Shown: piece after piece, positions 12,344-24,300 of the stretch
How positions within the stretch are numbered: the stretch's first letter is position 1
Layout: each line of letters opens with the position of its first letter
Assembly (NCBI GenBank): GCA_965649765.1
Contig: OZ287752.1
Coordinates: 24,242,001 to 24,306,000, forward strand
Direction of reading: 5' to 3'
DNA: 64,000 bases
DNA from: Bispira polyomma
Taxonomy: Eukaryota
Notes under the pieces: generated by a model
Databases searched by the model: none
What the model was told of the DNA's origin: nothing
Seen by the model: only the letters and a program-made list of their open reading frames with translations
Position numbers and translations under genes: made by a program

Positions 12344-12634
12344 TTTCAGTTTCCAGCATCACTATGACACAGTCTCCCTCTGGTCCAGTCTCTGAGAACA
12401 CAGTGGTGACCTTCATGTGTATGACTGATGAGACTGAACCTACTGCTGATGTGGTGTGGACTGTAGGAGGGAACAGTGTCAGTTCTACTAGTGACACTAC
12501 AGAGGTGGGGATGTATAATACAGAGAAAAGGACAAGTGTGTTAGAGCTGAAAGTGGACAGACAACTAAATAGCAAGGATGTGGAATGTTATGCGAACAAG
12601 GAAGTCAGACAAACAGTAACACTGAATATTACAT
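12344..12634 (+). CDS. Gene A exon 4, C2-type Ig domain
   Basis: 291 nt; FMCMTDETEPTADVVW...VECYA; donor altered by L2 insertion. Confidence 0.85.
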
Positions 12635-12636
12635 GT

Positions 12637-13269
12637 CCATGGACACAGCGATAATTGTGGCAAATGCCCTTGTGAGTAGCCGCCTCGACTACTGCAATTC
12701 TCTCTTGTACGAAGCAAACAAGTCAAACATTAAAAAGCTCCAGTCCATCCAAAACTACCTATGTAGGGTCAGTTTTCGCCTGGGTTGTCGCACAGATGTC
12801 ACTCCTTACCTCAAAAAATTACACTGGTTGCCCATTGAATCTCGAATTTTGTTTAAGATTCACGTTACCACTTTTAAGGCTGTAGTCACTCAACAGCCAC
12901 CCTACCTTGCCTCCCTTCTTTCCTTCAGTAACCACAAGAGAGGAAACAGACTCTCTGTCACTTCGGTCAGACCAATCAGAAAGGCGGGTTTCAGAGCATT
13001 CTCCACTGCAGCTCCACGGTTATGGAACAGTCTCCCAGTCGACCTCAGATCAGTTGATACACTTATCGGTTTTAGGAAAAAGCTTAAAACCTATCTTTTT
13101 AATCTTGCCTACCCACCTTAGCTTTCCTCGTGCACACTCCCACTTCCTTCCTTACGACTTTGCAATTTCCACGGACTTAATGATTGGACTAATGATTCTG
13201 CTGTTGCGCTTTAGAAGATGCCTAGCATCAATAAAGCGCGTTAAAAATCCATAATAAAAATAATAATAA
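12637..13269 (+). mobile_element. Young 5'-truncated L2 LINE with 7-bp target duplication TACATGT
   Basis: Open ANALVSSRLDYCNSLL...LHWLPI...LWNSLP...LKTYLF; (AAT)n tail; TACATGT at 12630-12636 and 13270-13276. Confidence 0.93.
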
Positions 13270-13280
13270 TACATGTACGT

Positions 13281-13532
13281 ATTATGTTTAGGTGGATTAT
13301 TACGTTAGTGGGACATCAACAGTTAGATATACAGGAATACTGGATGTTCGATTTAAGTAACAGATTAGATGGTGTGTTATGGTTGCGAAAAATAATTAGT
13401 CTCTAATCTCTGACTAATTATTTTTTGCAACCATAACACACCATCTAATCTGTTACTTAAATCAAACATCCAGTATTACTGTATATCTAACTGTTGATGT
13501 CCCACTAACGTAATAATCCACCTAAATATAAT
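13281..13532. repeat. Near-perfect inverted repeat, 121-bp arms, 10-nt loop
   Basis: 13281-13401 is the reverse complement of 13412-13532 with about four mismatches. Confidence 0.95.
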
Positions 13533-13758
13533 TAGTCTATTTATTCTGATTACATTCTGAATACATACATTGAATTACATTGGCGTATGACCAAAAAAAA
13601 TCAAAATTATTTTATGACAATTATTATTACAGTATCATTATGAAATAGTTTACGTTTGAATCAGTTTGACTTGAAATATTAGACATATTAATGTTGGAGC
13701 ACGAAACTTTGGTGTTTTTATTTTTGTTTTGCAAGGAGTAATTTAAATGCACTTTTAG

Positions 13759-14034
13759 TTCCTCATACTGTAACAGTAACACAGACTCCATCAGATTTAA
13801 TCACAGAAGGCAATGTTTTAATACTGACTTGTGATGCCCAAGGTGGTAATCCTCCTGCAGTATTGTCTTATAACTGGAAATTTGTACCCCGTTATGAAGT
13901 CTCTAATGATCTTACTGAAGTTAACAGACAGTTAGTAATTCCTATGGCAGAAGATATACACTCAGGAGAATATAGTTGTGAAGCAACCAATACTGATGGT
14001 AGTGGTCGTAATGGTGAAGTAGTCTTAGTACACT
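13759..14034 (+). CDS. Gene A exon 5, I-type Ig domain
   Basis: 276 nt, open: LILTCDAQGGNPPAVLSYNW...HSGEYSCEATN; not in the ORF track, homologous to B exon 5. Confidence 0.9.
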
Positions 14035-14436
14035 GTTAGTATTAGTACAACTGATGCACAATACAACTGATTTTTAATTTAATAAAGATGGCTAATTTAT
14101 CATATTTCAAAAAACAAAGCTATATACATCATAAAATATGTTGTTTATGCTGTATACTTAGTAGTTTACATGTTAGTCATTACCATTTGCAACACATGTA
14201 CAAAAAGACAACTTATTTTCCTTAAAACCGTTTGTTGTTGACACACTTATTTTTCTTAGAAAACTTGCATGTAATGTGCAACAGTATGTTTTACAAAATG
14301 TTGATACATTTCAAAAATACAATGGTTTTAGATTTATAGTTTAAACACAGCAAAATATTTGAACAAAGAATATTTATAGTAGTCATGTTTAAATACATTC
14401 TAGCTTCTTACGGACGTTGGATTATATGGTTTTCAG

Positions 14437-14745
14437 ATAGTCCTAAGGATGTGAGCTCAGACATCCAAAAGTTTTCATACACAACTCTGAATAGTCATGC
14501 CTATTTGAACTGTACAGCAAGTTCGTACCCAAAACTCAACAAAGACAATGTTATCATAGACCATATGAACTCAAACCTCAACCCTGACCAGATACAATTT
14601 CTGCCGCAGGCTAATGAGATGGATCGCATTGTTATTCAAGTATTATTTGACTCAGTCGTCAAAAGTGATTTTGGAATATACAAGGTTATCCTGAACAATG
14701 GTATTGGAGAGCAAACTGTGATTGAAATGTATCTTCGTGAACCAG
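14437..14745 (+). CDS. Gene A exon 6, atypical Ig domain lacking the second Cys
   Basis: 309 nt; YLNCTASSYP...DFGIYKVILNNGIG. Confidence 0.88.
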
Positions 14746-14857
14746 GTCAGTTTTCATATTTTATTATTTTACTTTATAAATGACAACAAACATACAATTA
14801 ATATTGACATTCAAGCTCACATTTTAATATTTCAATGACACAGCATTTATTCTACAG

Positions 14858-15154
14858 GAAACCCAGAACCCCCACAGCATCTGACAGTGGAATCAGCCAC
14901 TGCTGTCTCCATCACATTGTCATGGATTGCAGGAAGATCTGGAGGAGTAAATCAGAGATTTACTGTTTATTATAGAAAAGATGGGGAAAGTAATATCAAT
15001 TTTGATAGTGGCATTCTGGATCCTGGTCCACACACTGAAGTGAATCATAAATTACATGATTTGCAGCCATAGACAACATATTTTGTTAATGTGAGAGCCA
15101 TCAATATACATGGCAAAAGTGATGATTTGGATGATGTTGCCATAGCCACCCTTG
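14858..15154 (+). CDS. Gene A exon 7, FN3 domain with premature TAG at 15070-15072
   Basis: 297 nt; PEPP..L.V..TAVSITLSW..GRSGG..Q.F...LQP*TTYFVNVRAIN. Confidence 0.85.
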
Positions 15155-16268
15155 GTAAAAGTCATTCAAAATACTGCCATTAAAAACTATTCAATATAAA
15201 TTTAGCATAACAGTGTAAATTTGAATATTTAAGTGAAATATGTTATAATATTTATGACTCTTAATAAACAGCATAAAAATACATTTAGAGTAAATCGAAA
15301 AATGCTGAACTAATAAGTATTAAAATATATTTATTAAAAAATCTTTGTTTTTTCAGATATTCCAGTTCTACACGGATCTACTGTTGCTGAAATTTACTCA
15401 GATATTACTCTATTGGCCTAATATAACAGGTCCAATACTCTGAAATGATTGTTGTAAAATGTACACCTTCTCGACCGATATGTCTTAAAATATTGAGCCC
15501 CAGTACTGCCCCTTCACATTTAGTTATCCCAGATTCTAATATTGATGTGGAATATTACCTTATCATTTACCAACAAGAAGAGGAAGTTTACAGAAGCAAA
15601 TTTTCATTCATAGATAAAACAGATAAAAAGCCAGCTTGGTTTCTGCAATTACATAAGAACTAAAATTGTCAGCCTTTATTTTTCAAAAGTGTTGGTTTAG
15701 TTTGCAGAAACATTTAAGTTCAATTGCAGATTCTTGGGTTAAATGAAATACAATACAATTTTCTATTGCAATGTATATATAAACCTATGTTACAGTGTAT
15801 TGTGAACAAAATGATGCAATTTCTGCAAAGGGAAGCACTGAAATAGGATTCCTCACTGGCTTAATTATATTGGCAGTATCAACCTTTGTGCTTTTTTCAA
15901 GTATTATTGCTTACATTATTTACAATAAGAGACATCACATGTCAGCAGAAAAAGATGCAACCAGCAATGTATGTGTTAGTCATATTTTATTGATGCAATA
16001 AGTAACAGTAGTATGCAATTAAACAATAAATTATTTTTGTAATTATTTTTGGACACATCAGTGCACAAACACATGTTAAGAAATGATTTTTAGAAAGTTT
16101 CAGAACCAGTATATTACAACAGTCCTGCTGAAATGTCTTAGTCAGCTCACTATGAAATGACTCAACATGAGGAACCTAAACCTCCAGCTGAATATGTTGA
16201 TTTGAAGGTATAGATAATAAATGCATATGTTAAAACAAATATGTTCGTTTTGTATGTGTCATTTTGCA

Positions 16269-17402
16269 TAGCACGACCCAATAGGGGTCTGCTACTTCAG
16301 TTCAACCAAAGAAAAATGTATTACTACTTTAAGCCCTAGGGGCAAATTCGACAACTGTAGCATGATTCATCCAACCGTGAACTGGCCAGCCAATTAGGGG
16401 TTTTCCCTCCCAAATTCTGCATTCCTGTCCTAATATCTTCCATTTTGGAAAAGGATTCAGCAGTATACACACGTACATTTTCCACCCACCTCCCCTTAAC
16501 CACACCATAAGTTAGGTTAAATAGGGTATTTTCAAAAAAATTTTAGTTAAAGGCACAGATTATGGTGCTATAGTAAATGTTCATTTCTTAGCTATGGCCA
16601 CTTTTGGTACTAAGCACATACTATGTTAAGAAGATCTCTGGTTGTGGACCCAAAAGGGCCCTGCTGAAAATCTTTATAAGATAGGAAATCACTTAAATTT
16701 GGCTGGATTTGTGGGAGTTTTTGAACTCGGAACTGTGTGGTGTTAGGTCCTTCCTCATAACCTACCCTCTGGTGTGGGCTACCAGGGGGGCAATGCTCTG
16801 TGAGGTAGGACGTCTCACTGCTAGGCGAGTCGGTGCTGTAAGTTCCGGGTTCCCAAAAACTCCAATTAAGGCTGCTAGCGCAGGCATAATACGGCTTATA
16901 AGTCCGGATTAAATAGGAAATTTACTAGTTAACGATTAAATATTGGTATGATTTAAAATGTTGAATGTAATGTCATTGGGCATAATTGTATTGAATAGTA
17001 TTGGTATGATGTAATGTCATTTCGCATAATTGTATTGAATAGTGTTGGATTGACGTTGGCCTTAGGGGCTGATTGTTATAAAGGTGTACTGTTGTATGCT
17101 AGGCAAATGCTTAGTCCTCAGATGTTGGTTTTCCCAGCTTGCTGCTTAATGCTTGTGAGGTTTTATCCTCTGTATTATTTACTACCTTGCTTTTGCTTGT
17201 GTTGTCATGTAATGGGTGATTTTAAAATTACCTTGTATTTTAATAATTTATACCTATTTTACACCTACCTGTATATAGATTTACTAACATGTACAGAATT
17301 TAAATAAATTCCTCAAACCATAGTTTCACTGTCTTCTGCTATACTTACCAGACTATCTTTCCACTACAACTTACCTTCTTTCCATTATACCAAGTAGAAC
17401 TG
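16269..17402 (+). mobile_element. Non-autonomous Ngaro-derived element in gene A intron 10
   Basis: Starts TAGCACGACCC..GGGTCTGCTACTTCAGTTC (A-like), ends GAACTG (B-like); absent from the paralogous intron of gene B (~27910). Confidence 0.75.
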
Positions 17403-18199
17403 TGTAAATTTCAATGCAAAATAATTTACATATTGATATATGCATTAAGATATCTTACATTTCCAATTGTTTAAAAATGAAGTGTGTTTATTATATAAAC
17501 CAGATATTTTTCAGTCTTATTATTATTACATATATTCTTCATTCTAGACTATCACTTACGAAAACCTGGGTCCTGTATTGTAGAAACTTTAATGTTTGTG
17601 TAAAACGTCAGTACAACTGCAGAAATTAGAATTAAGACTAGCATTTTATCAACATAATATTTTGGTTTACTTGAGGAGTACTAATATTTTTTTTAACAAC
17701 AGGAATCTATGATACTGCTAAAACGGAATAAAAAGAACTTTCAATTTTTTTTTTCATTTTTTTTTTTTCATTAAATTGGTACGCATGGGCGTACTGGCGG
17801 TAATGGTAGCTACGCCCCTGCTATCATGGTTTAAATAAGTTTCTCCATTTGCTACGAGCTATTTACATATTTGTCCATTAATAAATTATAATTTAACATG
17901 CAATTTATTAATATGCAATGGGGTTTAGGGAGTTGCCGGCGTCCTAGGCGGCCGCTTTTGGTATAAAAGAAAACATATGGGTCTAGAAACGAATATTCTG
18001 TTGTTATTTCCTCACCTTAGGCTTTGTATTTTTTATTTTGACCATTTCTTAAGTTCAAATCTCCCTTTACTTCGGAGAGTTTTATACTGAACTACCATTA
18101 TTCTACAATCTGTTATTTTATTCAATTCTATCTTCAAAAATTAGGCTATACCTATGGTATGAGTGCAAATATATGGTTTTGTTTTTATTTATGTCTAAT

Positions 18200-19620
18200 T
18201 CAGGTAATGGTTTTACAGTCACTCCATGCCACGTAAAGTTTATACTGCGGTACCACCATTTCTTTTCTCTCCTTCTTCTACTGTAAAACGTCATAGCAAC
18301 GTCATAATTACTTCAGTTTTGCAGCAACGTCACAACTTACAGAAGATTTAACAAACCAGGAAGTAAAATTGGGTACACTTTTTTAAACTTAAATATCTCC
18401 GTCATTTCTAAACGGATTTTCATGCAACGAAATGCACAATAATCGTAATATTCTCTGTATATCGAATGTTTCCCATTATGTATTGCTCGGCTCGCCAAAT
18501 GGCCCAAACACCGCTGAGAGCTGTGTATACAGCAAATAATGACGTCATCACAAGATGGCAGATCTTACTTCCAATAGATGAAAATGCTGCGAATTTAGTG
18601 AATGACTATATTATTTTAAAGTCAAATATGTAACTATACCAAAGATACAACCAATTGAGCAATTTTTGGGATTTTACAACATATATTAAGAATTCTATCG
18701 GAACCTCGAGTACACAGTCACCATTTCAACAATTAGCTGATTGTGGAGAATACCCAGAAATGCCAACTTCCATATAAGGATATTATAAGCGAGTCCTACC
18801 AACCAATAAAATTCTAGAGTCAATGTTTACAAAATAATTTGAAACAACCACTAAATGGAAATCTCAGCGCGTTTCCGGAAATCTAGTGTCTGCATATACT
18901 AGCACTACCTGGGACGAGAGCGTTCAAAATTATTATTGACTACATACAGCCGACATCAAGGGAACCCAAGTTTTGCACACATATTTAAAAGCCCCTGTTT
19001 CTGTATATTATTACAATAAAAATGGCCGATTTTCTTTTAGAAGAAAACAAGAATATGTTTTTAAGTAAAAGGTTGGCAGATAATTTCGAGGGTAACGTAT
19101 AGGTCGACAAAAAATATTTTTAAATTTTACTTTTAGGTTAAAGGTTGACCCATCATTTTTTTTTTTTTTTTTTTTTTTTTTTGCAAGTTATAGACAGGTC
19201 AACAGGTCGACAGATAATATTTTTTTATTTTACTTTTAGGTAGACATGCAGATAGATATTTCTTCTTCTTTTTTTTGTAACTAAAAGGTTGACAGATATT
19301 TTTTTGGTAACTTATAGGTTTACAGATATTTTTTTTTTTGTAACTTATAGGTTGACAGATACACAGATAAGTTTTTTTTAACTTCACTTTTGGGTAGACA
19401 GGATGACAGGTCTACACATCATATTTTTTTTGTAACTTGTAGGTTGACAGATATTTTTTTACAAGTTTTAGGTACACAGGTCGACAACTAATTTTTTAGG
19501 ATAACATATAGGTTGACAGGTCGACAGATAGACAGCGAATTTTTGTTTGTAACTTATAGGTTGACAGGTTTTTTGCAAGGTATGTTTGCAACTGTTTCTG
19601 TCCATCCCTGTTTCTGTATT
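18200..19620. repeat. Dispersed repeat region with short AGGTTGACAG/AGGTCGACAG repeats, probably a non-autonomous DNA transposon
   Basis: 18271-18316 matches the reverse complement of ~40838-40890; many AGGT(T/C)GACAG units at 19070-19570. Confidence 0.45.
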
Positions 19621-21222
19621 GTATAACAGGGGTACCAAAATTTAGATATCTTAGCCGTTTCTCAACAGATTTATATGTAACGAAAAAGCAATGTAATTAC
19701 AATAACAAAATCTTCCTGACCATATTATCAACTTTAGCTGAGTTAGTAATAAATAGTAATAAATAATCTGCTTTTTTAAGTTAAAACTTTTGTGAATACC
19801 GCACCAGTAGTCCTCAAACCCGTGCATTTTGCATAGGCATAAAGTAAGTATAGCGTAATTTTATTATACACTAAAACTAATTGCTTAGACCATTTTATAA
19901 GTAGATGATTACTTAATGAATGTAGTCAGTATGATCTTCTCTGAATGTATTTTGAAGATTAGAACATTACAATTGATGATGTTGAAGGCCGCCAATAGTG
20001 CATACAAGACCATGACCTTATCTCACACCCTTCATTTTGATATTTGTAACTGGACTGCATCACAATGATCCTCAGGTATGGTTACCTTTAAAACTGTTTT
20101 GAAATGCTTTCATACAGGTGACCATGTTCTTAAACACCTGATAGGGGTTTGGCATAAGTCAGAGAAATACACTTAAGACATGTGAGTCTTATAGTGGCAA
20201 TTTATTTATGGTAGTAGCTAGTAATAGACAAGATGTTAAAAATATTAAAAACTACTTACAATATTTACAAAATCCATTAAGCATCCAACATGTATTTATG
20301 TTTGTATTTTACCAAACATGCATATATATATACCAAAACCTAAAACCAATACAGATAGTAAATATAAACTTGCATTACATATGTACATGGGCAGTACCTA
20401 CCAGTGTGACCGTCGTTATTATATGAAAAACACAAAGAAGTTAAAAGTGTGGGGATATTAGTTTAATTTCTATGTAAGGCTCTAGCAATTCATATATATA
20501 CTCTTTATGGAGGGGCCGACTTTAGATATTTAGTTTAAGTTTAAATAAAAGGCGAGCTTAAGTGGTCTTAGGTGGCCCTGAATATTTATATGTAAACATT
20601 ATATTGAATATGTTATATCTATGTAAATAGTGCATAGTAAAACCACAAATACCAACTTCGGAGCTACCATGCAGACACTTTTATGTAATTGTAGCTTTAA
20701 TAAAGGTAATGAGGTGTGCCAATATGTACCATGTCTGAGTCATACTGTTCTCTTAAATGTCTTATCTGAAGCAAATGCTACATCAACAGTCTTTGTCAGC
20801 ACACACTACGAAATCCCTTACTAATATGTTACATATTATTTTCATACCTTGTATTTCTTTAATCATATGTAAAGTCAAACTTTGCTCTACTAGTCACATC
20901 TTAACACAATCTTCTATTTTAGCTGGATACTTAATGGTAGCAATGGTGTCACTACATGATTTGTTTGATAACAAAAATGAATTATAACTTGACAAATGTA
21001 AAGGTAAAATTAACTGTGCCCTTTACTTTATTCAATGTGGAATAAAATTAGGCCCTGTATGTAACGTAATATATATGCTACATATAACTCTAAAGGAATA
21101 TGTAAGTTTCAAATATATATACTAAATTCATGCAGAGTATATATTAAATATGAATGTGTTCTGTTGTGCGTCTTAGTTTTCATTCATATTTTTGTCAGAC
21201 AAAAGGCGGAAAAGACTTTGAT

Positions 21223-21230
21223 GAGGAAGT
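21223..21230 (+). promoter_or_regulatory. GAGGAAGT ETS/PU-box-like motif upstream of gene B leader
   Basis: Positionally conserved across paralogs. Confidence 0.4.
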
Positions 21231-21315
21231 AAAATAATATTATACCTGTGTTTTTTATGCAGTATATAGCCAGTGTGTAACAATAAGGTATTAATGTGAA
21301 GGGATAGTACATAAA

Positions 21316-21370
21316 ATGAGTACCAGTATACAGACTATGTTCCTTGTTTTACTTTTCTTGGCGAAAAACG
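21316..21370 (+). CDS. Gene B exon 1, signal peptide MSTSIQTMFLVLLFLAKN
   Basis: 55 nt, G|GT donor. Confidence 0.8.
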
Positions 21371-24300
21371 GTATTTCTTTAAGACTTATTACTACTTCAA
21401 TATAAAATCTCCTTATTATATAATATTCACTGTTATGTTACAGAACGTATATATTAATATATAAACATACATCTTTTCATAACATATAGTAAATAATATA
21501 TCAACCAATGCAGAACAAAAAATAAACGCAGAATTTATCAGTATTTGTAAAAAATAAAATTAATATTTATATCTTAGCAAACCTGAATAGTTTTGAGAGC
21601 TGTCAAATTAAAGGAAACCAAATTCTTAGTGAATTTAATTGGTGTGTCAATCAATATTAAATTTTATGGAAACAAAAAGTATTTATATCATATAATATTA
21701 CACTTGCACTTTGTAAATATTTATATGTACTGCTTTATTTTTTTCTCATGCATGTATGTTAATTGTACTAATGGTACGACGAAAATAAATATATATGTTT
21801 ACTATTATATATGATTGTTTATTATGTGAATATTTTACTTTCTGTCCACAGTACTCAGCCAGGATCAAGTTGTGTACACAGAACTCTCATCTACTGCCAA
21901 TCTTCCCTGTGGTTCTACATCCAGACCATTTCCAGATGATGCCATCAGAGTTTACTGGTACAGAGGAGAGAATCCTACAAACACCACAGCCAGAATAATG
22001 TACTGCCAGTTCAGTGATTCAAACACCAGATACTACAATGGCTGCTCCCCTACTAAATACACCTGTAGTTCTGACAGAGTCCTCAGTATCAGTGATGTAA
22101 TGAACAAGGATGGCAACAAATATACCTGTTCAGCATTTGGTGCAACAGTATCATTTAATTTTATTGTAGAATTGATAACCTTGGGTGAGTTTTCATAATT
22201 ATTTTTTACTGAACATCCAATGACTATGTTTTACAATAGAGCAAATCATTTGTGACAAGGATATGTTAATCTACAAAAAGCCACTTCCTTCTTACGGACG
22301 TGTATGTATTTTTTTACATATTATGAAATTTTATAACCAATATTTCTCTCAAAAACATATCAGCATGAAGAAACAAGTTCAGATATACCTATTGGTGTCT
22401 CTAGGTTTACTACCATTATAACCATACACTCGTTTTATATGTAAAAATAGAAACCATTTAAGGCAATATTTTTATTTGAAAAACATATTTTCAAACTGAA
22501 CACAGCTTGATATTTTGTATATACCTACCATTATAGGGCCCGTATTCACGAAGGGACTTAGCCAGGTCTTAGGCTTAACTCAGTATACTTTTGTGCTAGA
22601 TTTAAGCCTAAGATCTGGCTAAGTCCCTACGGGCCCAGGACTTTTATATGTAAGCATTGCCTCCACAGGGGACTGCTGGTTCACTATTATCATTAGGTCC
22701 ATCTAAAGACATTTTGAGGATTTTGACCTCTAGTCATACTTTCTGTCTGTCCACATTCATTAACCAATCACATCACAGGTCACCTGTGGTGGATTTTTGC
22801 AATATTCTATATTGTACCTCGACCGCTGCCATTTTAACACATTACTTGATGCATTGATCAAGATTTCTTTTATTGTACCGTTTGTTATAGTCTAACTTGG
22901 CTAGTCAATTTCATAGGCAAATCCTATCACTTTGCTTTGCTGGCTTGGCTTTTTTCATATATGTTGTATGCCTATGTTGTATCTTTGGAGCTTAAAATTT
23001 GAATTACGTTTTAGTCAACATAAACTTTGTACATCTGTAGTAAGTTGTACAAATAAGTTTTCAAAACTAAGAATTTACTCACTTACCAATCTGACTTGAG
23101 CTACTTCACATTTCACCTTCCACCCATCCCTCAACTGAGGGAACTGTTTGTGGTTATCATATTTTAGGTATTACTTATGGATATATATATATATTTTAAA
23201 TAAGAGAATACATATTCTGAAGTTGGATTGTCGTTGCAATGTACAATATATGTTAAACAGTTGTTATCAACTCTGTTAATTATCATCTAATAATTATATA
23301 ATTTTTTGGGTGTATCTGTATACATATAAACTGGTGTATATGAAACACTATATGAGTAACACCCGTTATATGAAGTTGCACGGATACTTTATATCATTTG
23401 TTCAAATGAAAGACTTAAATATCAGAAGTATATCATGCTGTGTATATGTTTACATGTAGCCATAACACAAGCAGTACTTATATCCATGTTCAAAGAATTA
23501 ATTAAACTGAAAGAAAACATTGTAAGGAACAACAAGTGTTATTTGGAAAAACTCTCAGTACCATTTCTATCAAAACCGTTGAGCTCATTATGTATTAACA
23601 TTTAAATTTTTTATAGAATAGCTTAAAGATAATTTCACAAGCAAATCTAGGTAATGGTAAATATAGCATTTTGAGAATTTATTTTAGTTTCTCCATCTCA
23701 ACCAGTACTCAGTGGTTTAGTTTTTGAAGAAAACAATCCCTCAACAGTCCAATGCACAGTACAGTCAGTAAAGCCAGGTGTGGGCAGTGTGGTGTTTACA
23801 GTGACTGTAGATCCAGACTTTAGTGTCCAGAGTTCATACAGTGATTTATCAGAGGGATCAGCAGATCCTACAACAGGAGCCATGTCAGTGACTTACTTAC
23901 CACAGATCTTACTACATAGAAAATACAATGGACAGCAGGCTGTGTGTGAGGTGGTCTGGAGGGGAGGGGAGGAAACTGTGATATCAGAGGGTAAAACTGT
24001 GGATGTGAGATGTTAGTATATTATAAGTATAAGAACAAAATGGAAAGCATGCTTTTATTTTCCTGTCTCATGTACCTTTGTATCCACTAGTTTGGAGATT
24101 AGGCACTGTAAAGTTAGATAAGATTATTTGAAAGTTAATTCAGACGGGAAAACTGTAGATGTGAGATGTAAGTATACTTTATGTATAAAACACGATGGAC
24201 AGCAGACTGTGTGTGAGGTGGTCTGGAGGGAAGAGAATGTAGGTATAACATGGAAGTACAGTATAAGTATAATAACGCAATGGACAGCCAGCTGTGCGTG

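Larger units (their letters stand above)
1834..17583 (+). pseudogene. Gene A: Ig5-FN3-TM receptor paralog, pseudogene or C-terminally truncated (secreted) form
   Basis: Exons 1834-1888, 2233-2565, 4111-4434, 12344-12634, 13759-14034, 14437-14745, 14858-15154, 15357-15622, 15796-15968, 16094-16207, 17548-17583; TAG at 15070, net -4 nt in exon 8, GT>AT donor at 15623, TAG at 16139. Confidence 0.85.

Noticed and set aside
12424-12432. CTGATGA hammerhead-core-like strings (also ~24973, ~50486)
   Set aside because: They are the codons for T-D-E in exon 4; no flanking stems with GAAA found
12585-13121. Apparent Ig-L2 fusion ORF
   Set aside because: The L2 frame differs from the exon 4 frame, which stops at 12654
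17600-21200. Short ORFs in intergenic AT-rich DNA (also 28.1-30.7 kb and 54.4-58.4 kb)
   Set aside because: Low-complexity composition, no domain motifs, not conserved in frame among paralogous flanks
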